64,000 bases of DNA from the human T2T-CHM13v2.0 reference genome, Homo sapiens. The notes beneath the pieces were generated by a model. The model made no database searches, was not told where the DNA came from, and saw only the letters and a program-made list of their open reading frames with translations. The first letter of the stretch is position 1. The number at the start of each line of letters is the position of its first letter. Of the stretch, positions 1 to 13,102 are shown piece by piece. The DNA lies in the NCBI RefSeq assembly GCF_009914755.1, contig NC_060935.1; one strand, written 5' to 3'. A program made the position numbers and the translations under genes.

Positions 1-272
1 CTTCCCTAGTGAATCTTACCTACCTTCCATATTCAGCTGGGGCACCATCTTCCCTAGTGAATCTTACCTACCTTCCATATTCAGCTAGGGCACCATCTTC
101 CCTGGTGAATCTTACGTACCTTCCATATTCAGCTGGGACACCATCTTCCCTGGTGAATCTTACATACCTTCCATATTCAGCTAGGGCACCATCTTCCCTG
201 GTGACTCTTATCTACCTTCCATATTCAGCTAGGGCACCATCTTCCCTAGTGAATCTTACCTACTTTCCATAT
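1..272. repeat. 48-bp minisatellite (VNTR), at least 5.7 copies, cut by the window edge
   Basis: The unit CTTCCCT(A/G)GTGAATCTTACCTACCTTCCATATTCAGCT(A/G)GGGCACCAT starts at 1, 49, 97, 145, 193 and 241. It explains the repetitive ORF 9..305. Confidence 0.97.
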
Positions 273-2100
273 ATGATCAAATGCTCCTCCTCTGTGCTCT
301 CATAGCCCATTCTGATGACCTCTTTCATTGCACCTATTGCAATATATTTTGTCCCTGTTTGTCTAATTCCTTTGATGCACTGAAATCTCCTCAGGGCCAG
401 GGACTAAGTCTTTTCAACTTTGTGTAGCTTAATAAAGTTCATACCTCCTATTTATTTTTTGAATTAATTATCTCCCTTACCCCTGCCATGAATAAAGAGG
501 TCATAACCATAGTGAGCTGAACCCACAGGTAGATTGGCAATGCAACATGACATTTCTCTAGAGGCAGTTCAATTTTGCGTGAACCAACTATTTTGAGCAC
601 ATCAAACAATGCTTCGTGAAGCCAGACCCAGGCAGAGTATTCGGGGTCCCAAGAAGACTGCACATTGTGGTGAAGAAAGATACAGGATTTTGAGCCAGAA
701 GATCTGGTATCATTTCCTCCTTTTCATTTATTAGTAATGTGACTTGGCAAGTCAGTCAACTTCTCTGGCTCCTTGTAAACGAATCTTTAACACAGTGGGA
801 TTGTACTACATCATCCCTCAGTCTTTATAAAGTCTGATGGTTGGATCTTTTGTCCAGCAAATGTGTGACTGTCCTCTGCAAAGTTCCATTCTGAACTCAA
901 CTCTCAATTACAGATTCCTGTTTTGTCTTGTTCTATGTGGGTATTGCTCCTATCTGATATGACAACTCTGGAGTGCTTCTCTCTCCACTCAGCCAGTCTC
1001 TTCTAGAGAGAGGCCATATACATCTCTGAATTCCAGATAGACCATTTACTGGTGGAAAAGACACAGCAGCTGTCCTATGATGGCCTGAAACACCTCAGGT
1101 CCCAGGAAGTGTAGGCAGAAACTCTATAGATCTGCAGTATTACCAAGAGCTCTCTGGATGACACTAGAGATGGCAAGTTTTCACTGCAGACACTTGCAGA
1201 CGCTCTCTCTCCCAGGGAAATCTTATGTCTGTTAGATTTCCATAGCATTCATGGAAACTGACATGCATTGAAAACTCAATAAATAAGAAATTACAGTCAC
1301 TTTTGATTCCATTCCATAATTAAAGGAGAAGGGTAATTTATAACTCCAATTACTGAAATGTTCACTATATTTTTACATTTAAAATAATTTGAAAATATAA
1401 ATACAACATATATTCCAAACCCAATGCTCTATTTGTTTGCCACTATATATAATGCATATGGCACATGGACCACCTTTCCCTTAAATTTTTAAAAATAGGG
1501 AAAATTTTTACAGATAGGGAAATCGAGAACCAAAAATGTATGCATTTTGCCTCGTGTCTTGGTGTTTGTTATGACAGAGTTGGGAATATTTCAAGTTAGT
1601 AACATGAAGTGCACTAATGGGTATGTATTCTTTCCTTAGACTTTTTCTCTTTCTTTGGGAAAACAATCCTTAAATAACTTTGGTCCAGCAGATTGCAAAA
1701 CATGTTTTTGGCTGCGTAGTTTGCGTATCGCTTGAAAGCACAATTCTTGTAAAGATAAAAGTTATTAGGAAATAAAATTCTGCTCTTGATTCGCTTGACA
1801 TCATTGTAACAATGTCATGGGGTCTTCTGATCACACACAAGTGTCATTGTTTATGTTTAACAGTATTTGAGTCTAATGAAGGGGCCGTCTACAAAGTGTC
1901 TGCACCTGAGCCTGGGGGTTACTATGTCTCTCCTCTTTACTGCAAAATGTCTCTATGTTGGCTGTGTCTAGCTCTGCCAAGTGAGTAAGTGAAGCCTGCA
2001 GATATGTAGTTTGTGCCTGGAGTGGTCTGCTTCTGATTATGGGCCAAGAGATAGCCACAGTTATTGGCCTTTAAACACACTTCCAAATCTGAGACTTAAT

Positions 2101-2198
2101 TCTATCTATCTATCATCTTATCTATCTATCCATCTATCATCTATCTATTTATCTTATCTATCTATCATCTCTCTATTTATCTATTTATCTATCTATCT
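2101..2198. repeat. Imperfect (TCTA/TATC)n microsatellite
   Basis: Directly visible tetranucleotide array. Confidence 0.9.
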
Positions 2199-3479
2199 TA
2201 CACAAACACATACAACCATAGTTAAGACTCACCAGCTTTGGCATCCAGAAAGGGAAATAATCAAGAATGTGCCTGCCATTTCCCTACTGCATGGTAGGCG
2301 AAAATGTTAATCAGATGTTCAGGAAAGGGGATAACAAACCCCAGCTTAATAACAATGTACAGAAAGGACATAGTTATTAAACTGGGTTGTTGGGGACAGG
2401 GGAGCATGAACGTAGTGCTTCTATAAGAAAAGGAAACTCTCCAATAACCCTGTTCAGGATGTAGTGACAGTGTTAGCTTTTGGAAATGTCCTTTGAGAAA
2501 ATGAATAAAAGGTCTGAGATAAGTAGCAATTACAAAAATAAGAGTACATCCTGGATGTAATACATCTCATGTGTTAGAGTTATTTAATAATATCTTTACT
2601 GTGTCTCTCTAGCACACAACGCCTAGAATTCCCAAATTAGCCATTGAGGGTTTCAAAGAGTTTTTCCAGACACCTTTATTTCCCTTTATTAGTATGCTGG
2701 CTAGATTATTCTTCTGCATTATCCATTTTGTAGAAAGAAAATGCTTCCTACTGTATGAATAAGAGACCAATTTGTAATGTGAGGTGAAATTACCTCAGGT
2801 GTCTTTCTGCCACGCACACACTAAACCTTCCTAGGATGTTGATTTGATGTGTTTATAATGGACACAATCCACTTAGGGAATATTCCAGCAGGTTGTAAGA
2901 CGGAGACACCCAGAGAACAGCCTCTACCTCCTCCACCTTCCACCCCACAAGGAATCAGCATACCTTGTTTCAATTACATTTAATACCTATTGCTTCCACA
3001 ACCCTTAGCCTGCTGTGATTAAATATTGATGCTGTTCTTTCAGATTGGGCTTCTGTTTTACTTTTGAGTGATATTTCCGGAGAAAGAGTGCTTCTTAAAT
3101 TCTCCCCTTCACCCCCAAAAATTAAATAAATGAAGCCAGAACCCTAACATTTGGCTCTTTTAAAGAAATTGATTAAGGCATCTTTATAACTGTCACGACC
3201 TGTAGGTATCCACATTTGATACCAGGCTAACCAAGGTCTGTGTTTAAAAGTGAAATTCTTCATGGCAGGTTCATGCCCTTTCTTTGTATCTTTTCTCTGT
3301 GTGCTTGCATATTTCCTGGCACATAACAGGTGATCAATAACTCTTCAGTTAATTTAATTAAATAAAAATCCAATATTTCTCTTCTATCTTCCTTTGTCAT
3401 TATTCTTACAGAGATTTCCACATCATGTACACCATGGCCAGTTTAATATTTCCATCCTCCTAGAAATGAACTAAGTGAC

Positions 3480-3986
3480 TATGAGGGTTAGTTTTAGTGT
3501 AAACTTAAGCTGCTAAAGCATGATTTCTGTGTATGTCTGTGAGGGTATTTCCAGAAGAGACTGGCATTTGAATCAGTGGACTGAGAAAGGAAGATCCGCT
3601 GTCACCCAGTGTGTGGGCAGGCACCATCCAATCAGCCAAGGGCCTGGACAGAGCTAAAAAGGCAGAGGAGAGGTGAATTCACTCTCTTTTCTGGAGCTGG
3701 GACACTCATCTTCTCCTGTGCTTGGACATCAGAACTCCAGGTTCTCTGGTCTTCAGACTCTGACTTGTACTAGCAACCCCCCAGGTCAGGCCTTCAACTC
3801 TGGACTGAGAGTTATATTATCAGCTTCCCTGGGTCTCCAACCTGCAGACAGCACGTCTTGGTACTTCTCAGCCTCTGTCATCATGACAGTAAACCAATTT
3901 TCTGTATAAACTGCCTTTCATCTCCCTCTCTCTCTATCTTTCTATATCCTATTGGTTCTGCTTCTCCAGAGAACCCTGACTAATAT
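3480..3986 (+). mobile_element. MLT2-family (ERVL) solo LTR
   Basis: GTCTGTGAGGGTATTTCCAGAAGAGACTGGCATTTGAATCAGTGGACTGAG and the 3' end ATATCCTATTGGTTCTG...GAGAACCCTGACTAATATA match the recalled MLT2 consensus. Confidence 0.8.
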
Positions 3987-4346
3987 AGTGACCTTTCCAA
4001 ATTTTATATAAATAGCACTGGTGCTGGGGTTAAAACCCAGGAGTTTTGCAGCCCCACAGTTGTACATATGATGTGTAAGATATTTATTTATTTACTAAGT
4101 GTCTACTATCTGCTACTGCCTACGCAGAGGATAAAGAGATGAATAAGACATAAACTATTCCTGGAGAAGATTCTTTCCTAATAGGGGAGATACTGGCTTA
4201 ATACATCTTAAGGTCATGTGTATTTCTCTAACGGAAGTGACACCTAGTGAACACAGTTATTGGCATTCACTGGACATGCAGTTGCTATCTGTTGATGGGA
4301 TATTTTTGAATGTCTGGTTTGGTACAACTGTTTATCTCGATGTAAA

Positions 4347-4512
4347 TATGGGCTTACCCTGTTTTATTGCATGCACTTTGTAGATACAACTTTTACTGTA
4401 CAGGAACTGGGAAATCAAAAATTGTGTATGACTCTTTGTATTGTGATTGGGCTATTCACTTTATTGCGGTGGCCTGGAACCAAACCTGCAATATGTCAGA
4501 GCTATACATGTA
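4347..4512 (+). mobile_element. Tigger1 (TcMar) internally deleted miniature copy
   Basis: The 3' part CTGGGAAATCAAAAATT...CTTTATTGCGGTGGCCTGGAACCAAACCTGCAATATGTCAGAGCTATACATGTA matches the Tigger1 3' terminus. The 5' part GGCTTACCCTGTTTTATTGC resembles the Tigger1 5' terminus. Confidence 0.7.
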
Positions 4513-5229
4513 GTTAATTTACTTTCATAGGGAAGGAAAATGAGGCTCTGGAGGGAAAAAATATAACTTATTACCATGGAACCCTTGGTCCTAGAGGCAT
4601 GACCAGAGTCATGTCCAGTCCAGTCCAGAAGACATGTGATAGTTACATAAGAATTTCTGTAGAGACTCTTGCATTTGGGATATTTTCAAGTCTAGAGGCA
4701 AAGTAACAATATTAAAATCATTCTAATTAAAATTAGAGAATCATATGAACAGAACTCAAATTAAAACTGCATGAGCCAAAACAAAAACAAAACCCAATAA
4801 ACTCAAACTCTTTTATCTCTATAGACCAGCCCCTTTCCGCCTCTGACTTCTGTAGTAGATTGTGGTACAGGGCCACCATTCAGCATAAAATATTCGTTAT
4901 TTCTCTTTTTTCAGCATTTGCACCGAGCTTTTGGTCAAGATTTACCCTGGGTATTCCAGGAAAGATTCACATCAACTCACCAAATGGCCAATTCATTTGC
5001 AGAGCCTCTTTAAACGTTTCTGGTCTGCAGGATATAGCTGAACATTTTATTATATATTGCTTCCACTAAGATGTAGAAAAAGACTTATTTGTAACTCCTG
5101 CTCTTTCTAAGTTCCCCCTTTAGAATGGGCAACATAACGCAATGCTACGGGATTTTTACTTCTTTCAGCTTTGCTTCCTGTGCCAACATGTTAAGTGTTG
5201 AATGGATTTGTGTTAGAAACGAAGGGCCA

Positions 5230-5492
5230 GGCCAGGCGCAGTGGCTCATGCCTGTAATCCCAGCACTTTGGGAGGCAGAGGCAGATGGATCACTTGAGCC
5301 CAGGAGCTTGAGACCAGCCTGGGCAACACGGCCACAAAAAATAAAAAACTTAGCCAGGCGTGGTGGCGTGCACCTGTAGTCCCAGCTACTCAGGTGACTG
5401 AGAGGAGAGAATTACTTGAGCCCAGGAGGCACAGGTTGCAGTGAGCTGAAATCATGCCTCTGCACTCCAGCCTGGGTGATAAGAAAAAGAAA
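5230..5492 (+). mobile_element. Alu (AluJ-like)
   Basis: GGCCAGGCGCAGTGGCTCATGCCTGTAATCCCAGC...; dimeric; degenerate TSD TAGAAACGAAGGGCCA / TAGAAATGAAGCACCA. Confidence 0.95.
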
Positions 5493-6676
5493 TAGAAATG
5501 AAGCACCAGTCATCATGGCTTTGGTGTTTGAACTATATGCCAGATTAACCTTAATTGGTGCTACCTTCTTAATATGCACAACAAAACTAAATGAAACACA
5601 ATAATCAACATTCTTACTATATTAGTACTTGAAAAAGGGACTTATCCCTTTAATTTTAAAACTTTCATTCAAACTTTTAAATTTAAAAGTTTATTTTAAA
5701 GAGTCATTTAGTCATTTTCTTTAGATCATTCAAGTGTCTCCTTACAGATCATACATAAGCCACACAACAGAAATGGAAGACAGATAGATATATTTAAAGG
5801 TAAAGAGACAGGTGATGCTTTTAACTGGAAAACCATCAAAGTAAAGCTAAAATATGCCTTTGCAAATAAATACAAGTAAATGTAAAGTAGGATTTGGTTT
5901 ACCAAAATTATACTTAACATTTTTGTTTTGACTGGATATGCTCTTTAAAGGGAAGTGTCTGTATGTTCATTTGCCTAAAGAAGAAAGAGAAAAGAAGAAA
6001 CTCCTGTCGCTGGCCTATTGATTTGAAGCATAGTTTGAAACTAATTTGTAGGGAAAGGGGTATCTCCAAGTAATTCACAACAGTGTCTGTTCCTAGCCAG
6101 TGTAAACAAACTAGAGCAGTAATGAATTCTTGGTGGTTACTGAAGTCAGCTTGCTGTGGAGAAGCAAAATGATTTGCTTTAGTGGATTCCTGACGTGTTG
6201 ACTGGCTGCCCAGAATTGAGATCCAGTTGCCAGAGGGGTGCAGGGAGTAGAGAACTAAATCTCAGCTTTCCATGGTCCATAAATGTCTTGTGCAAAGACA
6301 GGGTGTAACAATTTTCTGCCCTCATGAGCTGGTATGAAATGAACGATTGAAAGTGTTATGCCTATACCTGAAATAGGAGCCTTGATTATTAGAGACTGGC
6401 CGCCACCTAGGTCCCTGCTTTCAGATGCCAAGAGCAGTGAAAGAGGGAACAACGCCCCTCCACCTGACCAGGTGTGGTGGTTGTTTCTGCTGAACCAACC
6501 TACCTGCTCCCAAAGAGTCTTGACTATGGTAGTGTAGACCTAGAGGATGCTTGGTCTCGTTTTTCACTCATTCATTTTCCTGGGAAGAAGAGAAACTCCT
6601 GTGATTAGTGAGACTGGGAGAAATAAGTGAGAATGTGCTCCCCAGCTCCTTCCTTTTTGTCTCTTTTGATTGAGTC

Positions 6677-6838
6677 TGGTGGTTGTCAATCCTAAAAGTA
6701 CATCATCATCACCTAGTGAGCTTTTGAACAATCCCCAAGTCCAGGTCCCACTTAGTTCATCTGGGGTGGAGCTCTGGGTGTTGACCGTTTCAGAGTTCCG
6801 CAGCTGCTTCCAGTGTGCAGCCAGTTCCAAGAAACCAT
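6677..6838. mobile_element. MER5-like hAT-Charlie fossil
   Basis: GGTGGTTGTCAATCC...ATCACCTAGTGAGCTTTT...GTGCAGCCAGTTCCAAGAAACCA; diverged match. Confidence 0.5.
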
Positions 6839-7313
6839 GAGCCAAGCTGCCCCCAGGATACATCGCTCCTCTGCTCTTCCTTGCAGTGGTAGCCTGCACT
6901 TACAGCAGAGGGCTGTCTGTGATGTCCTGTGACAATAGGGTGAGAATGTCACTTTAGGGAAGGTATTAGCAAACTCAGCGTGGCAACACATTTGAGAAGA
7001 ATTCTTAAATATGTTTTATCAGTAATAAAGCTAAGTATTTCCTTGGTCTCTCTGACCGCTATACTGGGTTTTATTTTGTTCCAAGCTTAGAAATGTGAGA
7101 AGCATGATTAACTTTTAGCCTCAAACCTGGGAGAGGTATTTGCCATCTTTGGCTTAACTTCTTCAGTTTCTGTTAGTTATGTTTGCACCTGGAGCTCCTC
7201 CACATCATGCCTTGCACAGCCCTGAGAGGACGAAGGATGCTAGCCCTAGTGAGGGCTTGGAAATATGCTTGGTCTGTGCCAAGAGCATTTCTCCCTTACA
7301 TTTAAGAAGTGTA

Positions 7314-7694
<381 letters not shown>

Positions 7695-9449
7695 TTAATC
7701 CATAGATATTTATGAAATATTTGTATTTCTAATAAAAAAGAATGTATTTCTAAAGATAAATTAAAACCAAAGAGCCTAATGGCATATGTCCTGATGCTGA
7801 ATGCTGCAGTAGGAGAATTACACCAATTTCCTGCCCTCTAAGACATTGCAGGATACACTGCAACCAATCAGAAGCCTTGTATTTATTAAAACACAGTTTA
7901 TTTGAGAAAGTTATTAGTCTCCTTACTTGACAGAGTCAATAAAGGCCATCCTTTTTTGTCTGTTTGTTTGTTTTTACTTTAGTGAAAAGCCTCTGTAACT
8001 CTGCTTTAAAAAATATTTACTTACTCTGGAGCTGGAAAGAGTACCATCTTGGTGGAATACGTTTTCAGCCATCCAGTCTACACAGAAAATCACGATTGTG
8101 TTGTCTGTGTTGGGGAATGATTGTAAACAGCGCACCAGCTCACTGCAGTGGTGCCAGCCCCTAATTCCATAAGCGGCTGTGGATGCTTTAACCAGGCAGC
8201 ACCGCACAATGTGTCTAATCTGCTATGCAGCTGCAATGTTAATGGGCCAACTGCGTTATCTCACATTTGCCTGGAAGGAACAGCGGTTTCTGAATGAATC
8301 GCTACGATTTCTAATACAGATAGAAGGACCAGCCACCACGGGCCCATGTTAGCAACTGACAGACCATACACAATGGTGGGGCCTTGTGTTTATCTTGCTT
8401 CTCCTAGAACCTGGAGAATGACAGATTTGATGCAGGTAGATAAATGAGGAGGAGAGCAGATTTTGAAAGGGAGAAGGTTGTAGACTTTTCTTAAGTGCTC
8501 AAATGAGGAAGCAAGGTTCCCATTTGTACCGACTTTACAACAGGACAGGGCAATTGTCTCTAGCTGATGGTCAGTAGGTGTAGAGGATCAGATCATTCTG
8601 GTGGAAAAGGGAAAAGGCATTTGGAGCCAGAACTCAGGATTTGCCATTGATTCTTATTGGTGGCTTAGAATATTACCAGCATATCTTTTCCATATTCGAA
8701 GCCAATATTTGTCTCTCATTAATTCCCGGAGTAAGACTACTTATCCTTAATTAATGTTCTTTGTCAAAGCACAGCAGAGGATGAATGTCAGGTTGGTTCA
8801 ACACCATCATCTGCACGCATGATCATTTCTGCAGCTGTGGCTGCTGGCTGGTGCTGGGCTGCAAAGGCAGAGCCAATGTCTATCCTAAGAGGAGGCTGGG
8901 TTTAGGGAGCTTTCTACTTTTCTCTCTGACTTTACCCCATTATCACAAACATGTAAAACCTGTTATTCTTTTAAAGACAAAATTAGAGGAAGGTAAACCA
9001 TTTTCTAGGGGAGCTCTTGAAACAAGAATAAGTCACAGATGGCAAGATTCTGAGATGTTTATACAGGAGGCATGAAGGCTAAGCCACCTATACTTTTTGG
9101 TTGATGGGAGTCAGCTTGCCAACTTGAGGTATAAATGTCAAGAAGAGGATGAACTTCATTTTTTAACAATGGGAAGCTTTCAGGCTACTCTTTGGGCTCT
9201 TGGTGAAGGAAGAGCTAGGATCATGATTACATGTCCTGATAGTACATTGAACTTCTTTACAGTAATGAGTACATTTATTTTTAAAATATTGTGTAAACTA
9301 ATGAGGCTACATACTCTTTTTGAAATATTAGTCGACTTGTTCTTTCTATCTAGGTAGTTTTCTCCTTTTCTCTTTTCCCCCATTCAAGCATTTCCCCAGG
9401 AGGGCTTATAAGAGGGTGGGAATAAAGGAATCTTCCTAGATTTGGTTTC

Positions 9450-9925
9450 TAAAAAATGAATGGTTAAAAAAGGGAGGAATAGAGCTTAAGAGCATTGGTA
9501 AAAAATATTATGAAAAAGATAGACCTTGTTATCTGAGATAGATAATAATGAGGTAATTTAAGATGGACAAGAAGAGAAAGAAAAAAAAGAGAGGGGCAAC
9601 AGATTAGTTGAAAATAGATGGTTAGTGGACTGAAAGTCTCTATGAGTACAAAGAACATGAATAGTAAGAAGAGGATGGGAGATTCTGAGATACAGCAGTT
9701 GCGAGTGATAACAAGGCTTGAGATGTCATTATGGGAAGTGGTAGCCTATGGGAATGGCAAACACCATTGGAGATGATGAGTTTTAGAGTCCAGGTGGTGC
9801 TCATGTTGGAGATGGTCCACATGAATGCTGATGTCTCCCAGTGTCCTGGCAGTGACCGAGGTGGATATGAAGACCATCCTCCTGGTGCTCGATCCCTCAG
9901 TAACTGTGAAGCTTAGTGCACCCTG
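9450..9925 (-). mobile_element. L2 LINE ORF2 endonuclease-region relic
   Basis: The minus-strand ORF 9746..9931 contains LGDISIHVD, resembling the L2/CR1 APE motif LGDFNIHVD. Confidence 0.55.
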
Positions 9926-10344
9926 TACCAAGGTATCCTGTCTCCCTTTAAGAGATCTGCTTATTTAAAACTTCCTCCACCAGCCTCCATCATGCCTCCA
10001 GGCCCCTTTGAAGGCTGCACACACCATCTTGCTTTCATGATTTCCTGAGTACACACATGAGTCATAAGCCTTTTTAAGCAACCAGTTGTAGAGCCACCCT
10101 TGTCTTTCAGTAATTTGGTTCTTAACAATTGCCCATCAGTGCGGTAAGATGGAACTTCCCAAAGTAGGGAACTGGGGGAGGCCACTGGTTTACTGAACGG
10201 TCGCATCAAACTCTGCTGGGTGAGATAATTTTAAATATCTTATTATTAGCTTAATATTGAGGATTTCTTAAAAATGAAGATGCTCTATATTGCTGTACTC
10301 TTGGTAAATTGTCCCCAGTCTTCGTGCTGATGAGCTGATAAGTC

Positions 10345-10917
10345 AGTATGTGTTTTCTGAATATGGTCACAACTATCTCTTATATTTCACAGCTTCTCCT
10401 CCAGCGGGACCTTGACATCCCTCCCATTAGGGGTGGTCTGTACGTACTTCCCTTTGAACCTGGGAAGAACTTTTTGACTGCCACAATCAATAGAATGTAT
10501 GAGAAGTAATACTGATTTCTGAGGCTAGATTAGAAAAGAAAAAGGCTATGCATTCCTTGATTTCTGTCTTGGAACCCAGCCTCCAAGCAGTGAGGGAGCC
10601 TGAACTAGCCTGTATAGAGAGACCACATGGAGAAGCCATGTGGAGGTGTTCTGGTTGACAGTTCAGCTGAAGTCCCAGCAAGCAGCCAGCATCGAGTGCC
10701 AGATGTGTGATCACAGGCACCTCCAAGATGACTTCCAGCCCCAGACAACAAACCACCCAGGCCTTGAATTTTTCCAGTTGAGTCCCCAGACACCATGCAA
10801 CTGCACAAGCCATCCTTGCTGCACACTGTCCAAATTTCATATGCATCGATTCAATAAGCATAATAAAAATAGTACATTTTCACTTGCTTTATTATATGAC
10901 AATGGATTAGCAGAACA
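10345..10917 (+). mobile_element. MLT1-family (MaLR) solo LTR
   Basis: CCCTTTGAACCTGGG...CAATAGAATGT, GGAACCCAGCC..., GAGACCACATGGAG, CCAGCCCCAG; typical MLT1G/H-like layout. Confidence 0.75.
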
Positions 10918-13102
10918 ACATGGCATTAATAAAATTTTTGAAGTTAAGTGCTGGTGAGTCTGCATGTGTGTGTGTGTATTCACTAAAACACCATCTCCTC
11001 CTGATTTAACCAAACTCATATCAACCCAGCAATTAACCTGTCCTGGAAAACTGTCAGCATGCAGGTGGTGCTTCGAGGATGCCATAGAGCTACAGCCTAT
11101 GTGAGTACAGCTCTAGGATGGAGAACAGATCTCAGGAAGATTATACTGGATTGCACAAAAAATTGTTTTTCTACCCTCAGCAGATTCTTTTGGTATTTTC
11201 CTGGTTATTTACCCTCAGCTCCTCTTTTGTAGCAAAAGCTCTCCTGCTTAACTCATGTTAGTTCCTAGAGAACTTTTAGTACTTGACTTCTTATGCCAAC
11301 CCCCCTTTCTTCCTCTGCATACCTCTGATCTCAGATCTCGGGTTGGACATCATGCTTAATATTGGCTTCTTTAGAACCAACACACCCTATCTTTTCCTGG
11401 TTTTTATTCTGTCAAATGTATGTATCATATCACACATGACTGAAACTTATTTTGCCATAAAAAATCTCAAGTATCTGTATCCCATTTTGACCATTCTTTT
11501 ATTATGAGTATCTTCACCACTTACATATGTATGTATCTCAGTACTTCCTTGTATATAAATGCATAAATGACACACAAAGTGACATGTTGGTTGACTCATT
11601 TTATATCTGCTTTGAGCATGTCATTGGATAGATAACACAAAACTGAAACTCCTTGGGATAGATTATAACATTAAGACCTCCTTAGGAACAGTGTCTCATG
11701 TCTTATTAACTTTAGAGGTTCAAAGACTTTCCAATTGTGTAGCTTAAAGATTTTATACTAAAATTTAAATATATAGCCTCTTGGCTTGCTCTGAAGTGGA
11801 TATAAAGGAAATGATCACAAAACCTGCTCAACCATTCATGCATTATTCCCTCACATGCTTGAATACTGGCACGAGATGTGGTTTCAGAATGTAAAGCATA
11901 CATAAACCCACTTGAAGAATTAGCCCTTACCTAGTATTCCTACCTTGGGTGCACATAATGCTGCAGAAGTACTTCCCAGCATATTGTTCTACTCTCAGAA
12001 TCTGTACAAAATACACTTAGTCCTTCACATTTTTTTTTAACAAACAAAACCTAAGAGAAATAATTCTCCTCCTTAGAAAGAAGGGCATCACTGCAGTTAT
12101 TAATGATCTGCAAAGGGTAGACCAGAAGACAAAGCTTTGTATTTTGACCAATCTATTCTTGAGAAAATCCCCAAGAGTTGTGGTTTGTCTGTTTGTTTTT
12201 TAAAGGTGGAGGGCTGTCACTAAAAGGAATAAGCCCTAGGAGAAGAAACAGATGAGTATTTCAACCCGGTGCTATTTTGCTTTTGGTCTAGAAAGGCAAA
12301 ATATATTTTTGCTAATAGATTTTTTTTTCTCCTGTCACATGTACGGCAGGTTATAGAACGCAAATTATGGTAAATCTCCTGCTCTTTGCATTAGAAACAA
12401 ATAAACAAAAAATGCCAACCAAACAAAAGAATATGATTTATAATTCTCTACAATTGCATCTCTTTCCAGCAGTGTATAATCACACTGCCACTCTCATTTT
12501 ACAGCTTGGGTGGGATGGGAGAAATCACGTTTTTTTTTTAACTTTTGCTGATAAAAAATAATAAGCAGAATAATAAAAGCCATTCATTTTACTGAGTGTA
12601 TTGCAGAGAAAAAGCAAAATTCTGTGGCTATGTATTAATCAACTGGATTTGTACATGCAGAGTATTTGACTTAAGCTCAATCTGCTCCCAAATAAATATC
12701 CCCACAGCAGGTTATGCATTAGAGCCATTTTTCTCGGATTAAAATCTTCCAAGTGGAGCCTTCGGTGCTGTCATCGTTCAGGAACCTGAAGCCTTACTGG
12801 AGACTTTTGTTCTGATGGAAGTAGTACTTTCCTCCAACTGCCATTCCCCTGGGCTGCCTCAGGCTCATCAGATGCCCAGAGTACTCTGCTCTGTTGCTCC
12901 TTCCAGAACACTAGCTAGAAAGAGTGCTGTGGCTTCAGCTTCTAAAGGGGAAGGGGGGGCACAGTTTGTAGAAAAATTGGGGATCAGTTGAAAACAGGGT
13001 CAATATTTCTATTTAATGTTTCATGGGCTATTCATTTTTGTCAGATTCTAATCAGGAATGTCATATGTTACCTGCTCTGTGGTATATTCCATCTATCTAT
13101 AC

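Noticed and set aside
1-272. CRISPR-like periodicity
   Set aside because: Units are contiguous with no unique spacers; eukaryotic minisatellite.
9-305. 98-aa repetitive ORF
   Set aside because: Product of a 48-bp (3n) tandem repeat with a GTG start; no splice or coding evidence.
6396-6416. CTCF-like motif (also near 21590 and 28840)
   Set aside because: Only partial core matches; not supportable without a PWM scan or ChIP data.
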